Assembly: GCA_965267575.1 (NCBI GenBank)
Contig: OZ254086.1
Span: 2,496,001-2,560,000, forward strand
Source: Calditrichales bacterium
GTDB taxonomy: Bacteria > Calditrichota > Calditrichia > Calditrichales > J004
Direction of reading: 5' to 3'
DNA: 64,000 bases
The notes under the pieces are model-generated. The model was given only the letters and a program-made list of their open reading frames with translations, made no database searches and was not told the DNA's origin. A program made the translations under genes and the position numbers. Positions 46,533 to 58,068 of this stretch are shown one piece after another (the first letter of the stretch is position 1; each line of letters opens with the position of its first letter).

Positions 46533-49500
46533 TCAATACCCTAAATTCGGCGCCAGCCATTTTTCCACTTGGGCGATGTCCATGCCTTTGCGGCGAGCAT
46601 AATCTTCCACCTGGTCACGGCTGATTTTACCGAGGCCAAAGTAATGCGCGTCCGGATGGGCGAAATAGAGGCCTGAAACCGAGGCAGCCGGCCACATGGC
46701 GTAGGATTCCGTCAGGGAAACGCCGGCGTTTTGCGGCGCCTTCAGCAGGTTAAACAAGATGCCTTTTTCGGTGTGGTCGGGGCAGGCCGGGTAGCCCGGC
46801 GCCGGACGGATGCCACGATACTTTTCCGCGATCAATCCTTCGTTGTCCAGTTTTTCATTGGGCGCGTAGCCCCAGTGGTTTGTGCGTATTTCGGCGTGCA
46901 GCCATTCAGCCAGGGCTTCGGCCAGGCGGTCGGCAAGGGCTTTTGCCAGGATGGCGTTGTAGTCGTCGTGGTCTTTCTCGTAGGCAGCCACCAGTTTTTC
47001 CAGGCCAATACCTGCGGTAACGGCAAAGCCGCCGATCCAGTCGCGGATGCCCGTATCTTTTGGCGCGATAAAATCTGCCAGGGCCAGGTTGGGCCTCTCG
47101 TTAGTACGTTCCATTTGCTGACGCAATGTATGGAAAATCGTCAGAATCCTTTCGGCGGATGAATCGGCGTACAGCTCAATGTCATCGCCGACGCTGTTGG
47201 CCGGATACAATCCGAAAACGGCTTTGGCCTGCAGCTTTTTGCCGGTAATGATTTCACGCAGCATTTTTTGCGCGTCATCGTAAAGTTTACGTGCTTCGAC
47301 TCCCACCTTGGCATCTTCCAGGATCTGCGGATAGCGGCCTTTCAGTTCCCAGGTGGCGAAAAAGGGTGTCCAGTCGATAAAGTTTTGCAGCGTTTCCAGC
47401 GGCACATCATCCAGCACGGTGAGACCCGGCTTGTTCGGCGCCTGTATGTCGGCTTTGCTCCAGTCGCAGCTAAAACGGTTGTCCCGCGCCCGCTTTATGG
47501 AAACCAGTTTGGAATCACGCTGGCGGGCATTGTAGCTCTCGCGGATAGTTTTATACTCGGATCGAATCGCTTCGACAAACTCCACTTTTTGAACGGGGTG
47601 CAGCATTTTGCCGACCACATCCACGGCGCGTGAGGCGTCCAGCACGTGGCTGATGGGGCCGGTGTATTGCGGCTCGATTTTGACGGCGGTGTGTTTGCGC
47701 GAGGTGGTCGCCCCGCCGATCAGCAGGGGTACATCCAGCTTGCGGCGCTGCATCTCCTTGGCCACGTGCACCATCTCATCCAGCGATGGCGTGATCAACC
47801 CGCTGAGACCGATGATGTCGACATTTTGCTCGGCAGCCGTGTCAAGAATTTTTTCCGCAGGCACCATCACGCCGAGGTCGAGAATCTCGTAATTGTTGCA
47901 ACCCAGTACTACGCCGACGATGTTCTTGCCGATGTCGTGCACATCGCCTTTGACGGTGGCCAGCAGTACCTTGCCGTTGTTGCCGCTGCCGCTTTTTTCC
48001 GCCTCCAGGTAAGGCAGCAGGTAGGCCACCGCTTTTTTCATCACCCGCGCGCTTTTTACAACCTGCGGCAAAAACATTTTGCCGGCGCCAAACAGGTCAC
48101 CCACAACGTTCATGCCATCCATCAGCGGCCCTTCGATCACCTGCAGCGGCGCGTCGTACTTTTGCCGCGCTTCTTCCACGTCGGCCTCAATATGCTCCAC
48201 GATGCCGCGCACCAGCGCGTGCGTCAAACGCTTTTCCACCGGCTCTTTACGCCAGGCATCGTCTTCTTTTTTGGCCGGGCCCGATTGCTTTACCGTCTCC
48301 GCAAAAGTGACCAATTCTTCCGTGGCGTTTTCATGGCGGTTGAAAAGTACTGCTTCGACTTTTTCCTTTAGCTCCGGCTCAATCTCTTCATAAACGGTTA
48401 TCTGTCCGGCGTTGACGATGCCCATATCCATGCCGGCCTGGATGGCGTGGTAGAGAAAGGCCGAATGCATCGCCTCGCGCACGGTGTTGTTGCCGCGGAA
48501 GGAGAAGGAGAGGTTACTGACACCGCCGCTGACCAGCGCCCCCGGCAGGTGCTGCTTTATCCAACGCGTTGCTTCGATAAAATCGACGGCGTAGTTGTTG
48601 TGCTCGGCGATGCCGGTGGCCACGGCGAGAATGTTGGGATCAAAAATGATGTCGGACCCCTCAAAACCGGCTTCTTTGGTCAACAGGTTGTAGGCCCGTT
48701 GGCAAATATCGATACGCCGCTGCAGGGTGTCGGCCTGGCCTTTTTCGTCAAAAGCCATCACAATCGCCGCGGCGCCGTAACGCCTGGCCAAGCGCGCCTG
48801 GCGAAGGAATTCCTCCTCGCCTTCCTTCATGCTGATGGAGTTGACGATGGCTTTGCCCTGCACGTGTTTCAGGCCGGTTTCAATGACGCTCCATTTGGAG
48901 GAATCGATCATCAGCGGCACTTTGCATATCTCCGGCTCGGCGGCCAGCAGTTTGAGAAAACGTTCCATGGCCGCGGCGGAATCGAGCATGCCTTCATCCA
49001 TGTTGATGTCCAGGATCTGCGCGCCGTTTTCCACCTGTTTGCGGGCCACATCCAGGGCGGTGTCGTAATCGTCGTTGAGGATGAGTTTAGCAAAGCGCTT
49101 TGAGCCGGTGACATTGCAGCGCTCGCCGACGTTGACAAAGTTGGAATCGGGGCGGATGGTCAGAGGCTCCAGGCCGCTGAACTGTGGTCGCGCTTGGATG
49201 GAAGCAATCGGACGCGGCGCGATGTTTTTTACAATCTGCTCAAAGCGACGGATGTACTCCGGCGTGGTGCCGCAGCAGCCGCCAACGATGTTGAGAAACC
49301 CGGCGCGGGCATACTCTTCCAGCACGACGCCCATCTCATCGGGTGTTTCATCGTAGCCGCCCATTTCGTTGGGCAGCCCGGCGTTGGGATAAAGCGTGGT
49401 ATAAATCGGCGCCAGCGCGGAAAGTTCTTCAATAAAAGGGCGCATCTGTTTGGGGCCAAGCGCGCAGTTGAGCCCGATGCTGAACAGGTCGGCGTGTTTG

Positions 49501-50204
49501 ACCGACACCCAGAAGGCTTCCAGCGTTTGCCCGGAGAGCGTGCGCCCGCTCATGTCGACGATGGTCACCGAGAGCATGATGGGGATGCGCCGGCCCGTTT
49601 CTTCACGGTGCTTGTCGATGGCGAAAAGGGCGGCTTTGGCGTTGAGCGTATCGAAAACAGTTTCCACCAGCAGCAGGTCTACGCCGCCATCGGCCAGCCC
49701 GCGCACCTGGTCGTAATAGGCCTGCACCGTCTCCTCAAAAGTGATGGCGCGGTAACCGGGATCGTTTACGTCGGGGGAGAGTGACAGCGTGCGGTTAAGC
49801 GGCCCGATGGAACCGGCCACAAAACGGGGTCTGGACGGATCTTTTTGCGTGAACGCGTCCACCGCCTCGCGGGCAATTTTGGCTGATTCAAAATTCATCT
49901 CGTAGGCCAGGTCGCTCATCTTGTAATCCTGCATGGAGATGGCGTTGGCGCTGAAGGTGTTGGTCTCAATAATATCGGCGCCGGCCTGCAGGTAAGCACG
50001 GTGGATTTCGGAAATTATTGTGGGCTGCGTCAGCGTGAGCAGGTCGTTGTTGCCTTTGAGGTCCAGCGGGTGGTCCTTAAAGCGTTTGCCACGATAGGTG
50101 GCTTCGTCCGGCGTGTAGGTTTGTATCATGGTGCCCATCGCGCCATCCAGCAGCAGGATGCGATCGCCAAGCTGTTTTTTGAGGAGTTCTGTTTTGTCGG
50201 TCAT
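46533..50204 (-). CDS. metH: Cobalamin-dependent methionine synthase
   Basis: [39 protein letters not shown]. Confidence 0.98.
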   Translation of the reverse strand: MTDKTELLKKQLGDRILLLDGAMGTMIQTYTPDEATYRGKRFKDHPLDLKGNNDLLTLTQPTIISEIHRAYLQAGADIIETNTFSANAISMQDYKMSDLAYEMNFESAKIAREAVDAFTQKDPSRPRFVAGSIGPLNRTLSLSPDVNDPGYRAITFEETVQAYYDQVRGLADGGVDLLLVETVFDTLNAKAALFAIDKHREETGRRIPIMLSVTIVDMSGRTLSGQTLEAFWVSVKHADLFSIGLNCALGPKQMRPFIEELSALAPIYTTLYPNAGLPNEMGGYDETPDEMGVVLEEYARAGFLNIVGGCCGTTPEYIRRFEQIVKNIAPRPIASIQARPQFSGLEPLTIRPDSNFVNVGERCNVTGSKRFAKLILNDDYDTALDVARKQVENGAQILDINMDEGMLDSAAAMERFLKLLAAEPEICKVPLMIDSSKWSVIETGLKHVQGKAIVNSISMKEGEEEFLRQARLARRYGAAAIVMAFDEKGQADTLQRRIDICQRAYNLLTKEAGFEGSDIIFDPNILAVATGIAEHNNYAVDFIEATRWIKQHLPGALVSGGVSNLSFSFRGNNTVREAMHSAFLYHAIQAGMDMGIVNAGQITVYEEIEPELKEKVEAVLFNRHENATEELVTFAETVKQSGPAKKEDDAWRKEPVEKRLTHALVRGIVEHIEADVEEARQKYDAPLQVIEGPLMDGMNVVGDLFGAGKMFLPQVVKSARVMKKAVAYLLPYLEAEKSGSGNNGKVLLATVKGDVHDIGKNIVGVVLGCNNYEILDLGVMVPAEKILDTAAEQNVDIIGLSGLITPSLDEMVHVAKEMQRRKLDVPLLIGGATTSRKHTAVKIEPQYTGPISHVLDASRAVDVVGKMLHPVQKVEFVEAIRSEYKTIRESYNARQRDSKLVSIKRARDNRFSCDWSKADIQAPNKPGLTVLDDVPLETLQNFIDWTPFFATWELKGRYPQILEDAKVGVEARKLYDDAQKMLREIITGKKLQAKAVFGLYPANSVGDDIELYADSSAERILTIFHTLRQQMERTNERPNLALADFIAPKDTGIRDWIGGFAVTAGIGLEKLVAAYEKDHDDYNAILAKALADRLAEALAEWLHAEIRTNHWGYAPNEKLDNEGLIAEKYRGIRPAPGYPACPDHTEKGILFNLLKAPQNAGVSLTESYAMWPAASVSGLYFAHPDAHYFGLGKISRDQVEDYARRKGMDIAQVEKWLAPNLGY

Positions 50205-50329
50205 GTTGAATGGGTGAATTAATGAATTATTGTATGATTGTTTGGGGCCTTAATTTAGGCTTTTTCCGCTAGGACACAAAATGCACATTAGCTGGTAGTG
50301 ATGGAGTGATGAAATGATGAAGTTTAAAC

Positions 50330-50390
50330 GTCATCCCGGCTCGTTCCGATGCCTTTTATCGCGGGTCAGCGGCTTAGCCACACGGGATTT
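50330..50390. repeat. REP-like nested palindrome, homologous to 60836-60897
   Basis: TCATCCCGGC..CCGATG..ATCG..GCCACAC(C)GGGAT shared by both copies. Confidence 0.6.
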
Positions 50391-50545
50391 GCCGCCGCAT
50401 GCAGGACGAGGTAGTTAATAACTCTTTGCTCTGTAAATCTAACTAATAGTTATATTAAAGTTTTTAAATTTAAGCTATTTTTTGCTCGCAAAATGTTAAT
50501 ATCATATTTTGGAAACGGAAATCATTGTATAAAAAGAATTATGAT

Positions 50546-51520
50546 ATGGTTAGTCCAGTTGTTTTAATCAAATTGATATTTTATACGTTACTATTGTTTT
50601 ATTCTTTCTCTTCTGGCCAAACAATTTTTACACGATTAAACTTGCCAATAGAAAATAAGTTATTATCAGATAGCATTTCCTATCTTTATAATCCTATACA
50701 GCCTGGAAATCATTGGCAATATACGGATTACGAGGGCAAAATATATAACAAAAGGTTTATTAAGGATACAATAATAGAAAACAAAAATTATTCAAAAATT
50801 GAGTTCTTCCCTTTTCCTTTAACATACGAAAGAAACGGGAAGATGGCGTCCTATGTTTTTGATCACGATGATTTTGATTTTAATACAGCCACAAAGGAAT
50901 TATTAGCGGACAGTCTTGAGCTACCCATAGGTTCGTCATATTTGTCATATCGTTATGCCGGTATATATGGCTCAGAGTATGAGCCGCATGAAATCGTAAT
51001 TGAAGATAAATTTCTCGCCTCAATAGGGTTATTTGATGATACAGTATACGTCGTTGAAATAGACATCTGGACTTTGGATGGTTGGCTTGAAGCAACCGAA
51101 TTTTGGGCTGAAAAATATGGATTAATTGATATAATTCCTGAAGGAAACCGGCTTTTTTTGACGGGAGCAATAGTTAATGGAGAATCTTATGGTACAGTTG
51201 TAAGAATTAACGAAACTAGCCACAAAAGTACTCATGATAAAAGTGGCATTGATATAAAGCATAGTTATCCTAATCCATTTAATAGTAAAGTAAATATATT
51301 ATTTACCCTTAGCCAATCCGCAAGAGGGATTGTAATTATCTTTAATGTAGCTGGAAAAAAGATAAACGAATTTACTTTTAACAAGGAGAATGGCAAGAAT
51401 ATTAAAATAGAATGGTATGGCGATAATCTAGACGGTGAGTTTGTTTCAAGCGGTGTATACTACTATAGCATATTTATCAATGGCAAAGCGTACACTCAAA
51501 AAGTCGTACTTCTGAAATAG
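50546..51520 (+). CDS. AT-rich secreted protein with C-terminal sorting (T9SS-CTD/FlgD-like) domain
   Basis: Signal peptide; YPNPFN..SSGVYYY..KVVLLK tail. Confidence 0.75.
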   Translation: MVSPVVLIKLIFYTLLLFYSFSSGQTIFTRLNLPIENKLLSDSISYLYNPIQPGNHWQYTDYEGKIYNKRFIKDTIIENKNYSKIEFFPFPLTYERNGKMASYVFDHDDFDFNTATKELLADSLELPIGSSYLSYRYAGIYGSEYEPHEIVIEDKFLASIGLFDDTVYVVEIDIWTLDGWLEATEFWAEKYGLIDIIPEGNRLFLTGAIVNGESYGTVVRINETSHKSTHDKSGIDIKHSYPNPFNSKVNILFTLSQSARGIVIIFNVAGKKINEFTFNKENGKNIKIEWYGDNLDGEFVSSGVYYYSIFINGKAYTQKVVLLK

Positions 51521-51551
51521 GATGGCATAATGAAATGGTTAATAATTGTTT

Positions 51552-51985
51552 TAGGGTCATGACTAGAACAGCGGTTCCAATTTAAAGTTTTTTAGTAAGA
51601 TTTTATAGATATTTTCATGTCTGTAGTTGAACCTAAATTCGGTCTCTTTAAGATGTAGATAAAATGTTTTGGGATGCATACCTCTGAATTTAAACAAACG
51701 TGTTTTTGCATAAGCCCAAAAACTTTCTATCCCGTTTATGTGTGACTGATTATTAGCAAATTCATTCATCAGATGGTTAACCCTGAAATGCTTTTTGTAA
51801 CCCAGATCAACCAGACCATGATACCCGCGCCAGCCATCGGAATGAATAATTGCGTCAAGGCTTACGCGCCCTTTAATGACAGCCCGCAGCGTATTTCTTT
51901 TACAATTAGGGACAATCTCGGTATATACTTTTCCATTGCATTTAAAAATGCCAAAAACAATCGTTTTACCGCGCGCTCCGCGTGA
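51552..51985 (-). mobile_element. IS1595-family remnant (transposase 3' end, candidate terminus, adjacent passenger-like fragment)
   Basis: HINGIESFWAYAKTRL..RG..FYLHLKETEFRFNYR at 51563-51769; stop lies within GGGTCATGACTAG; N-terminus absent. Confidence 0.75.
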
Positions 51986-52916
51986 TGAACAACAGGAAAA
52001 GTTAACAAGAATTTCTGAAAATAGACATGGAAAAGACGAACTGAATTTTTTGGGATATAATCCGCAGACCCACAGATTTGATATTTTTTATAGAGAACCA
52101 TACTACCCTGAAAACGACGCGTGGGGTGATTCAGACGATGCTTTTAATGTTTCTTATAATCCTCTTTTTACCCCATGGAGTAATCCTTCGAACGCTAACG
52201 GTAATAACATGTTATTTTCCCTTTACGTTTCAGGCGTAAACGGAAACTCTGTTGCTGTGAAATTGGACTTCTCTGACGCTTCTAGTCACATTCCATTTAG
52301 GCCCATTAACTTTGTAGCGGCTGAACAATCAGGTCATCCACGACTGGAATGGGATGAAAACGAAGAACCTGACTTAGATTATTATGAAGTTTGGAAAAAG
52401 GTTAATACGGGTAGCTATGCATTGTTAGCGGTAACAACAAATACTTATTATGTAGATACTAGTGAAGATATTATTAACCAACCTGAAACCAATAGTAAAG
52501 ATATTTTTTACAAAGCACGAGCCGTAGATATTACTGGTAAGAAAAGCCTCTATACATTATCAGTACAATATCTTGTTTCCGGTGATCCGTTATGGAGCAG
52601 GGACGGAAGCAAAAATTTTCAGGCATTGAAGCTTGATGATTTTGCGTTGGAGACCAACCATCCCAACCCCTTTAACCCCACAACGCATATTAGCTATGCC
52701 TTGCCGGAGGCCAGCGCGGTTACGCTGGAAGTGTTTGATGTAAGCGGGCGTAAGGTTTCCGTTCTGGTGAAGAAGTCGCAGGAGCAGGGCTGGCATTATG
52801 CCACTTTTGACGGCGGCACGTTACCCAGTGGGATTTATATTTACCGCATCAGCGCTACGGGCATGGAAAGCGGCAAGCGCTTTACGCAGGCCAAACGCAT
52901 GCTTCTTGTAAAATAA
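51986..52916 (+). pseudogene. 5'-truncated secreted protein (M6-protease-like segment, FN3-like domain, CTD tail)
   Basis: No signal peptide or credible start; DAFNVSYNPLFTPWSNPS; LEWDENEEPDLDYYEVWK; HPNPFNP..KRMLLVK; abuts IS remnant. Confidence 0.6.
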
Positions 52917-53190
52917 AAAACCTGTCTTTGGTAAAGGTCTTTTGGCAGAGTCCCAGAACCGCCGACAGGTTTTTAATAAGGCCCCCGGGTTTTGCCGGGG
53001 GCTTTTTTGTTTACAGGAAATATAAGAGTTGCAGGAGAAAATAGAAAGATGTTGCGGGGTGACTAAGGAAAGGAACGGGGTTACAGAGTGGTTGACATCT
53101 GCCCCTTCTCCGCATCGTCATCCTGAATTTATTTCAGGATCTTTTCACGGGCCGGGCGGGATTCTGAAACGAGTTCAGAATGACGAAATG
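52654..53190 (+). repeat. Direct repeat copy 1 (CTD-coding tail + hairpin + terminator + REP pair)
   Basis: Near-identical to 57443-57972; about 12 differences in the 263-nt coding part counted by eye. Confidence 0.92.
52981..53008 (+). terminator. Intrinsic terminator
   Basis: GCCCCCGG-GTTTTG-CCGGGGGC-TTTTTT. Confidence 0.85.
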
Positions 53191-53284
53191 GGTAAGGGGG
53201 AAAGTAATGGGGGCGCCAGGCGAGAATAGCAATGCCGGCCAAAGCTAATGTTTATATCTACTTTGTGAAAAAATAATTTTTAAC

Positions 53285-53312
53285 TTGACATTTTAGCAGG
53301 GGGCTATATATT
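53285..53312 (+). promoter_or_regulatory. Sigma70 promoter
   Basis: TTGACA-16 nt-TATATT upstream of GGAGG RBS and ATG 53366. Confidence 0.65.
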
Positions 53313-53365
53313 AGAGCTGTTAGGAAAGAGGGGAATAAAGTTGATTTTCATAAACCGGAGGTATT

Positions 53366-55629
53366 ATGAAAAATTTACTGTTGTTTCTCCTCGTGCTGCC
53401 CACTTGTTTTCTCCACTCCCAAACCTGGACAAATAACGGCCCCTTTGGCGCACGTATTACATCGTTTGCCGTTGATCCATCCGATTCGACGGTTTTATAT
53501 GCCGGCACGTATGGTACGGGCATATATAAATCGAGCGACGGCGGTAATAGCTGGTTTTTAGCAAACTCGGGTTTACCCCAATGGAATAATAGTGTTGTGG
53601 GATCACCCACAGAGCCCTCCTGGTGGTTTGGCGATTATTTCCCTGTTACGGAGATAGCCATTTCAGAAAACAATCCCAACCATATATATGCCGCAACCCG
53701 CGGCGGTGGTATCGCTTTTTCGTCCGATAGCGGCCAAAACTGGATAACAAAAAATGACGGCCTGCCGGACAGCGCTTACGTCTATTCTATATGGATCCAT
53801 CCTGAGAACCCGCAGAAAATACTTTGTGGTTTGTGGGAGGCGGAATACGGATTATACCGCAGTGTTAACGGAGGTGACAGCTGGACCACAGTTGAACAGG
53901 TTTACGATGGCAGTGAAAACGTAAATGATGTGCGCGAGATCTACCACGTACCGGCCAGCCGGACTCGATTTACGCAGGTCTGGCCCTATCGCTGTATGTG
54001 AGCGGGGACGGTGGCGTGAATTGGGAAAGAATATATTACGAAATGGGCTTTGACCGTCTTCTGGTTCCAAACATGAATGGCCTTCTGCTGGGCATAGTCG
54101 ATACCGGCTTCGAGGATAATCTGCTTATGCAGAGCACGGACGGCGGACGCACATGGGATCTGTTTCCCGACGAAACATTCTGGAACCGGGTTTCGGTGCT
54201 GGACATGGATAAAAATGGCCGTCTTTACGTCTTGCGCGAAAAAGAGACTATGCTGATGGTTAGTGACGATGGAGGAGAAACCTGGGATGCGCGGCTGTTG
54301 ATCTCGGACTACGGTACATTTCGTCTGGATTTTTTTTCGCTTCCACCTTTTGTGACCAGCCCGCATGCGCCGGAGACGATTTACATTGGCAGCCGCGCAG
54401 GCCTCTTTCGCAGCAAAGATAGCGGAAAAAGCTATAAACTACTCGAGAAGGGCATGATAAACACCTATATCAATGCTCTGGCGGTTAACCCAAAAAAACC
54501 TGGCGTTGCCTATGCCGGGGGCGAACACGGCCTGTGGAAGACAGAAGACAGCGGCCAAAGCTGGCAGCGATTGAGCCTGATGCATGTAAACGCTATCGCC
54601 ATTGACAAGAAACATCCCGATACCCTGTATATTGGCGGCGATAGCCTTCTGCGCAGTTTTGATGGCGCCCAAACATTTGACCTGCTCATGGCGGATGCCA
54701 TTATTACCGAGATTGAGGTTCATCCTGAATTTAAAAATACTATAGCAATAGGTTTTTATCCTTCGTCGGTCCTGCAGAGTTCAGATTTTGGGGCCAACTG
54801 GCTTACATCGTTTTCGGGTGGCCCTGCTTCGTTTAGAATAAAAGATATTGAGTTCAGTGAAGTTATAGATAGCGTTGCTTATTTTGGGACAGATTTTAAT
54901 CAGGACAACCATGGGCTTTATAAAAGCGTTGATCTTGGTGCAAGTTGGGATAAGAAAAGTGATCCTGGACTGGTTAAGTCCATCGTTTTGTCTACCAAAC
55001 AGCAGGGAACTATATATCTTAACACACCTTCGTCTGTAAAGATATCTACCAACGGCGGCGAGAACTTTTCGGTTGTTTTTGACTCACTTTCAAATCACAT
55101 ATCATCGCTGGCCGGTCATCGTCTCGACGACAACATATTACTAGCTTCAACCCGTGACCGTGGTGCCTTCGTTCTAAACGTTGATAAGAAAAGCCAGATG
55201 CATCTTGACGGTCCATACGATCCAAGGCTAACGCGCACGGAGGCTTTTTCCGGCAGCGACTATTACTTTGCCACACATGGCGCCGGCGTATGGCTGGGAC
55301 AGAACATTGTAAGTTCCGCTGCAAATCTACAGAAGCCCGCGTTCCTGCCAAAGTCATTTGAGATTGTGCAGAGTTACCCCAATCCCTTTAACGCGACAAC
55401 AGCAATTGTTTTAAAAACAGATCGTAACGTAATATTAGAAGCTACTATCTTTAATATACTCGGAAAGGAGGTGTTTCGCTTCGGAAAAAAACAATACACA
55501 GCCGGAGCACACCGGCTGGTATGGAATGGTATTAACAACAATGGAAAGGAGGTGAGTAGCGGCATATACACTATCGTTTTAACGAACGGCCGGCATAGCA
55601 CATCCCGCAAGTTAGTGTTGATTAAGTAG
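53366..55629 (+). pseudogene. Secreted BNR/Asp-box beta-propeller protein with CTD tail, split by a frameshift near 53952
   Basis: Many SxDGGxxW repeats in both ORFs; restoring one base gives ..YHVPGQPDSIYAGLA..; YPNPFN..KLVLIK tail; could be an assembly error. Confidence 0.75.
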
Positions 55630-55699
55630 ACCGGTCAAACAGGAGAGAATGTATTGTAACAGGGACGTCATTTTTCATAATCCAAACAAGGAGATAGAA

Positions 55700-57705
55700 A
55701 TGAGGTTCTTGAGTTTTCTTGCGGTATTCTTAGTTATATGTAATTTAGTTTTTGCCGATCAAACCCTGAATGGGAAGCTATATCAGCAAGTTGATAATAA
55801 ATGGTATCAGGTCGAGAATGGAAACAGCTATCTTGTTGACGAAAACATAATTACCGTTAAGTTTAAATCTACAGCTTCATACTCCGCCAAAGCGAGCTTT
55901 AATTCTTCCCAGGGTACAACAACATTGCGTACCAACATTCTGGGCTACAGCGATTTACAGCTTTCACAAGGAGCTGATCCTTTGTCTATAGTGCAAAATT
56001 ATTTAAACAGTGATTTGGTTGATATAGCCGAAGTAAATACGATCGGTGAATATCACGGTACGCCCGACGATCCACGGTTTTCAGACCAATGGTATTTAGA
56101 TAACATTGATGATCATGACATTGATGCGCCAGAAGCATGGGACTATCAAACGGGCGATAGCGACATAATTGTGGCGATACTCGATAGCGGCACGGATATT
56201 CTTCATGAGGATCTCGAAGGAAATATTTGGGTAAATCCGGGCGAGGATACGGATGGCGACGGGGTCGTATGGGACAGTGATGATTTCAATGGCATTGATG
56301 ATGATGGAAACGGAAAGGTAGACGACGTAGTAGGATGGGATTTTTATAACGGCAATAAAGATGTCGAAGGTCCCTATTATCATGGAACACACGTTGCAGG
56401 TATAGCAGGCGCGCTGACCTATAATAATTTAGGTGTTTCAGGCGTGGCCGGTGGTTGGGATTCGCAAAGCTACTCTACACATATACCGGGAACATCTCTT
56501 ATCGTTGCCGGTGTGGGCGACAATTACCCAAGTAGCTCCATTTTGGATGATGCGATTTTATATGCCGCTCAGCAGGGTGCAGATATAATTCAGATGAGTC
56601 TCGCTGTTGGAAGTACATCTGCAATAGACGCAGCTCTTGAAAGTGCGTATGATACTTATGGTTGTTTTATAGACTGTTCTTCGGGAAACAATGGAAGCAG
56701 CACTGTTTCTTATCCAGCGCGCGATTCACATGTATTCGCTGTGGGTGCTACCACTCAAAGTGATCAGAAAGTATCGTGGTCAAACTATGGTGATGATCTC
56801 GATGCAGTTGCACCGGGAGTGGAGATATGGAGTACACGTAAAAACAATAGCTATGGCGTAGGAGATGGTACTTCTTATTCATCTCCACAAGTGCGGGAAT
56901 TGCCGCATTGCTTCTATCGGATAATAATGGTTATTCAAATGAAGATATTTGGGAAATAATAGCTGCCAGCTGCGAAAAAGTGGGCAACTATTCCTATGAC
57001 ACAAATCCATCCAAGCCCCATTCTTCTTGGCACAATCATATGGGATATGGTCGTGTTAATGCATTTTATGCGGTATCAGCTCCGTCTCAACCCACGAATT
57101 TTAGTGGGACAACCCAAAACAATCACCCTGAATTATCGTGGAACGCCAATAGCGAGCCAGATATAGACAACTATGAGATTTGGAAAAAAGAAAATACGGG
57201 TAGTTATTCCTTGTATGCGACAACAACTGATACTTATTATGTTGATACAAGTGAGGACGTAATAAGTCAGCCTGAAGCGAATGATAAAGACGTCTATTAT
57301 AAGGTCCGAGCTTCAGACGTATCGTCAAAAAAAAGCGCTTTTACGTCTGCAATACATTATCTCGTTAAAGGAGATCCAGCGTGGAGCAAAAACGCGAAAT
57401 CGGATGGGCAAAATATGACTATTTCGCGCTTTAGACTTGCAGCCAACCATCCCAACCCCTTCAACCCCACAACGCATATTAGCTATGCTTTGCCGGAAGC
57501 CAGCATAGTTACCCTGGAAGTGTTTGATGTCAGCGGGCGTAAGGTTTCCGTTCTGGTGAAGAAGTCGCAGGAGCAGGGCTGGCATTATGCCACTTTTGAC
57601 GGCGGCACGTTACCAAGCGGGATTTATGTTTACCGCATCAGCGCTACGGGCATGGAAAGCGGCAAGGGCTTTACGCAGGCCAAACGCATGCTTCTTGTAA
57701 AATAA
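55700..57705 (+). pseudogene. Secreted S8 subtilase + FN3-like + CTD tail, split by a frameshift near 56893
   Basis: AILDSG, HGTHVAG, GTSYSSPQV; one added G restores canonical VAGIAALLLS; GYGRVNA; could be an assembly error. Confidence 0.8.
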
Positions 57706-57972
57706 AAAACCTGTCTTTGGTAAAGGTCTTTTGGCAGAGGCCCAGAACCGCCGACAGGTTTATTAAGGCCCCCGGGTTTAGCCGGGGGCTTTTTTGTTTA
57801 CGGGAAATATAAGAGTTGCAGGAGAAAATAGAAAGATGTTGCGGGGGCTTTGGGCAGAGGTGACCGGTTGACTGGCAAGCCGCCCCTTCTCCACATCGTC
57901 ATCCTGAATTTATTTCAGGATCTTCTTCACGGGCCGGGCGGGATTCTGAAACGAGTTCAGAATGACGAAATG
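57443..57972 (+). repeat. Direct repeat copy 2
   Basis: Matches 52654-53190. Confidence 0.92.
57768..57795 (+). terminator. Intrinsic terminator
   Basis: GCCCCCGG-GTTTAG-CCGGGGGC-TTTTTT. Confidence 0.85.
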
Positions 57973-58021
57973 TGGCCTTTTTAGATAATGATTACGATTA
58001 TGAGAATGAAAAAGAGGATAT

Positions 58022-58050
58022 AAAAAAAAGCCCCGGCGAAACCGGGGCTT
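58022..58050 (-). terminator. Intrinsic terminator of CHRD gene
   Basis: AAGCCCCGG-CGAAA-CCGGGGCTT with A8 run. Confidence 0.85.
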
Positions 58051-58068
58051 GTGTTTCTAACACGGTGG

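Noticed and set aside
50205..50430. Possible SAM or cobalamin riboswitch upstream of metH
   Set aside because: No recognisable aptamer core; the structure present is a REP-like element also found at 60836
52654..57972. Diversity-generating retroelement TR/VR pair
   Set aside because: Differences are not adenine-specific, are mostly synonymous, and no reverse transcriptase is present
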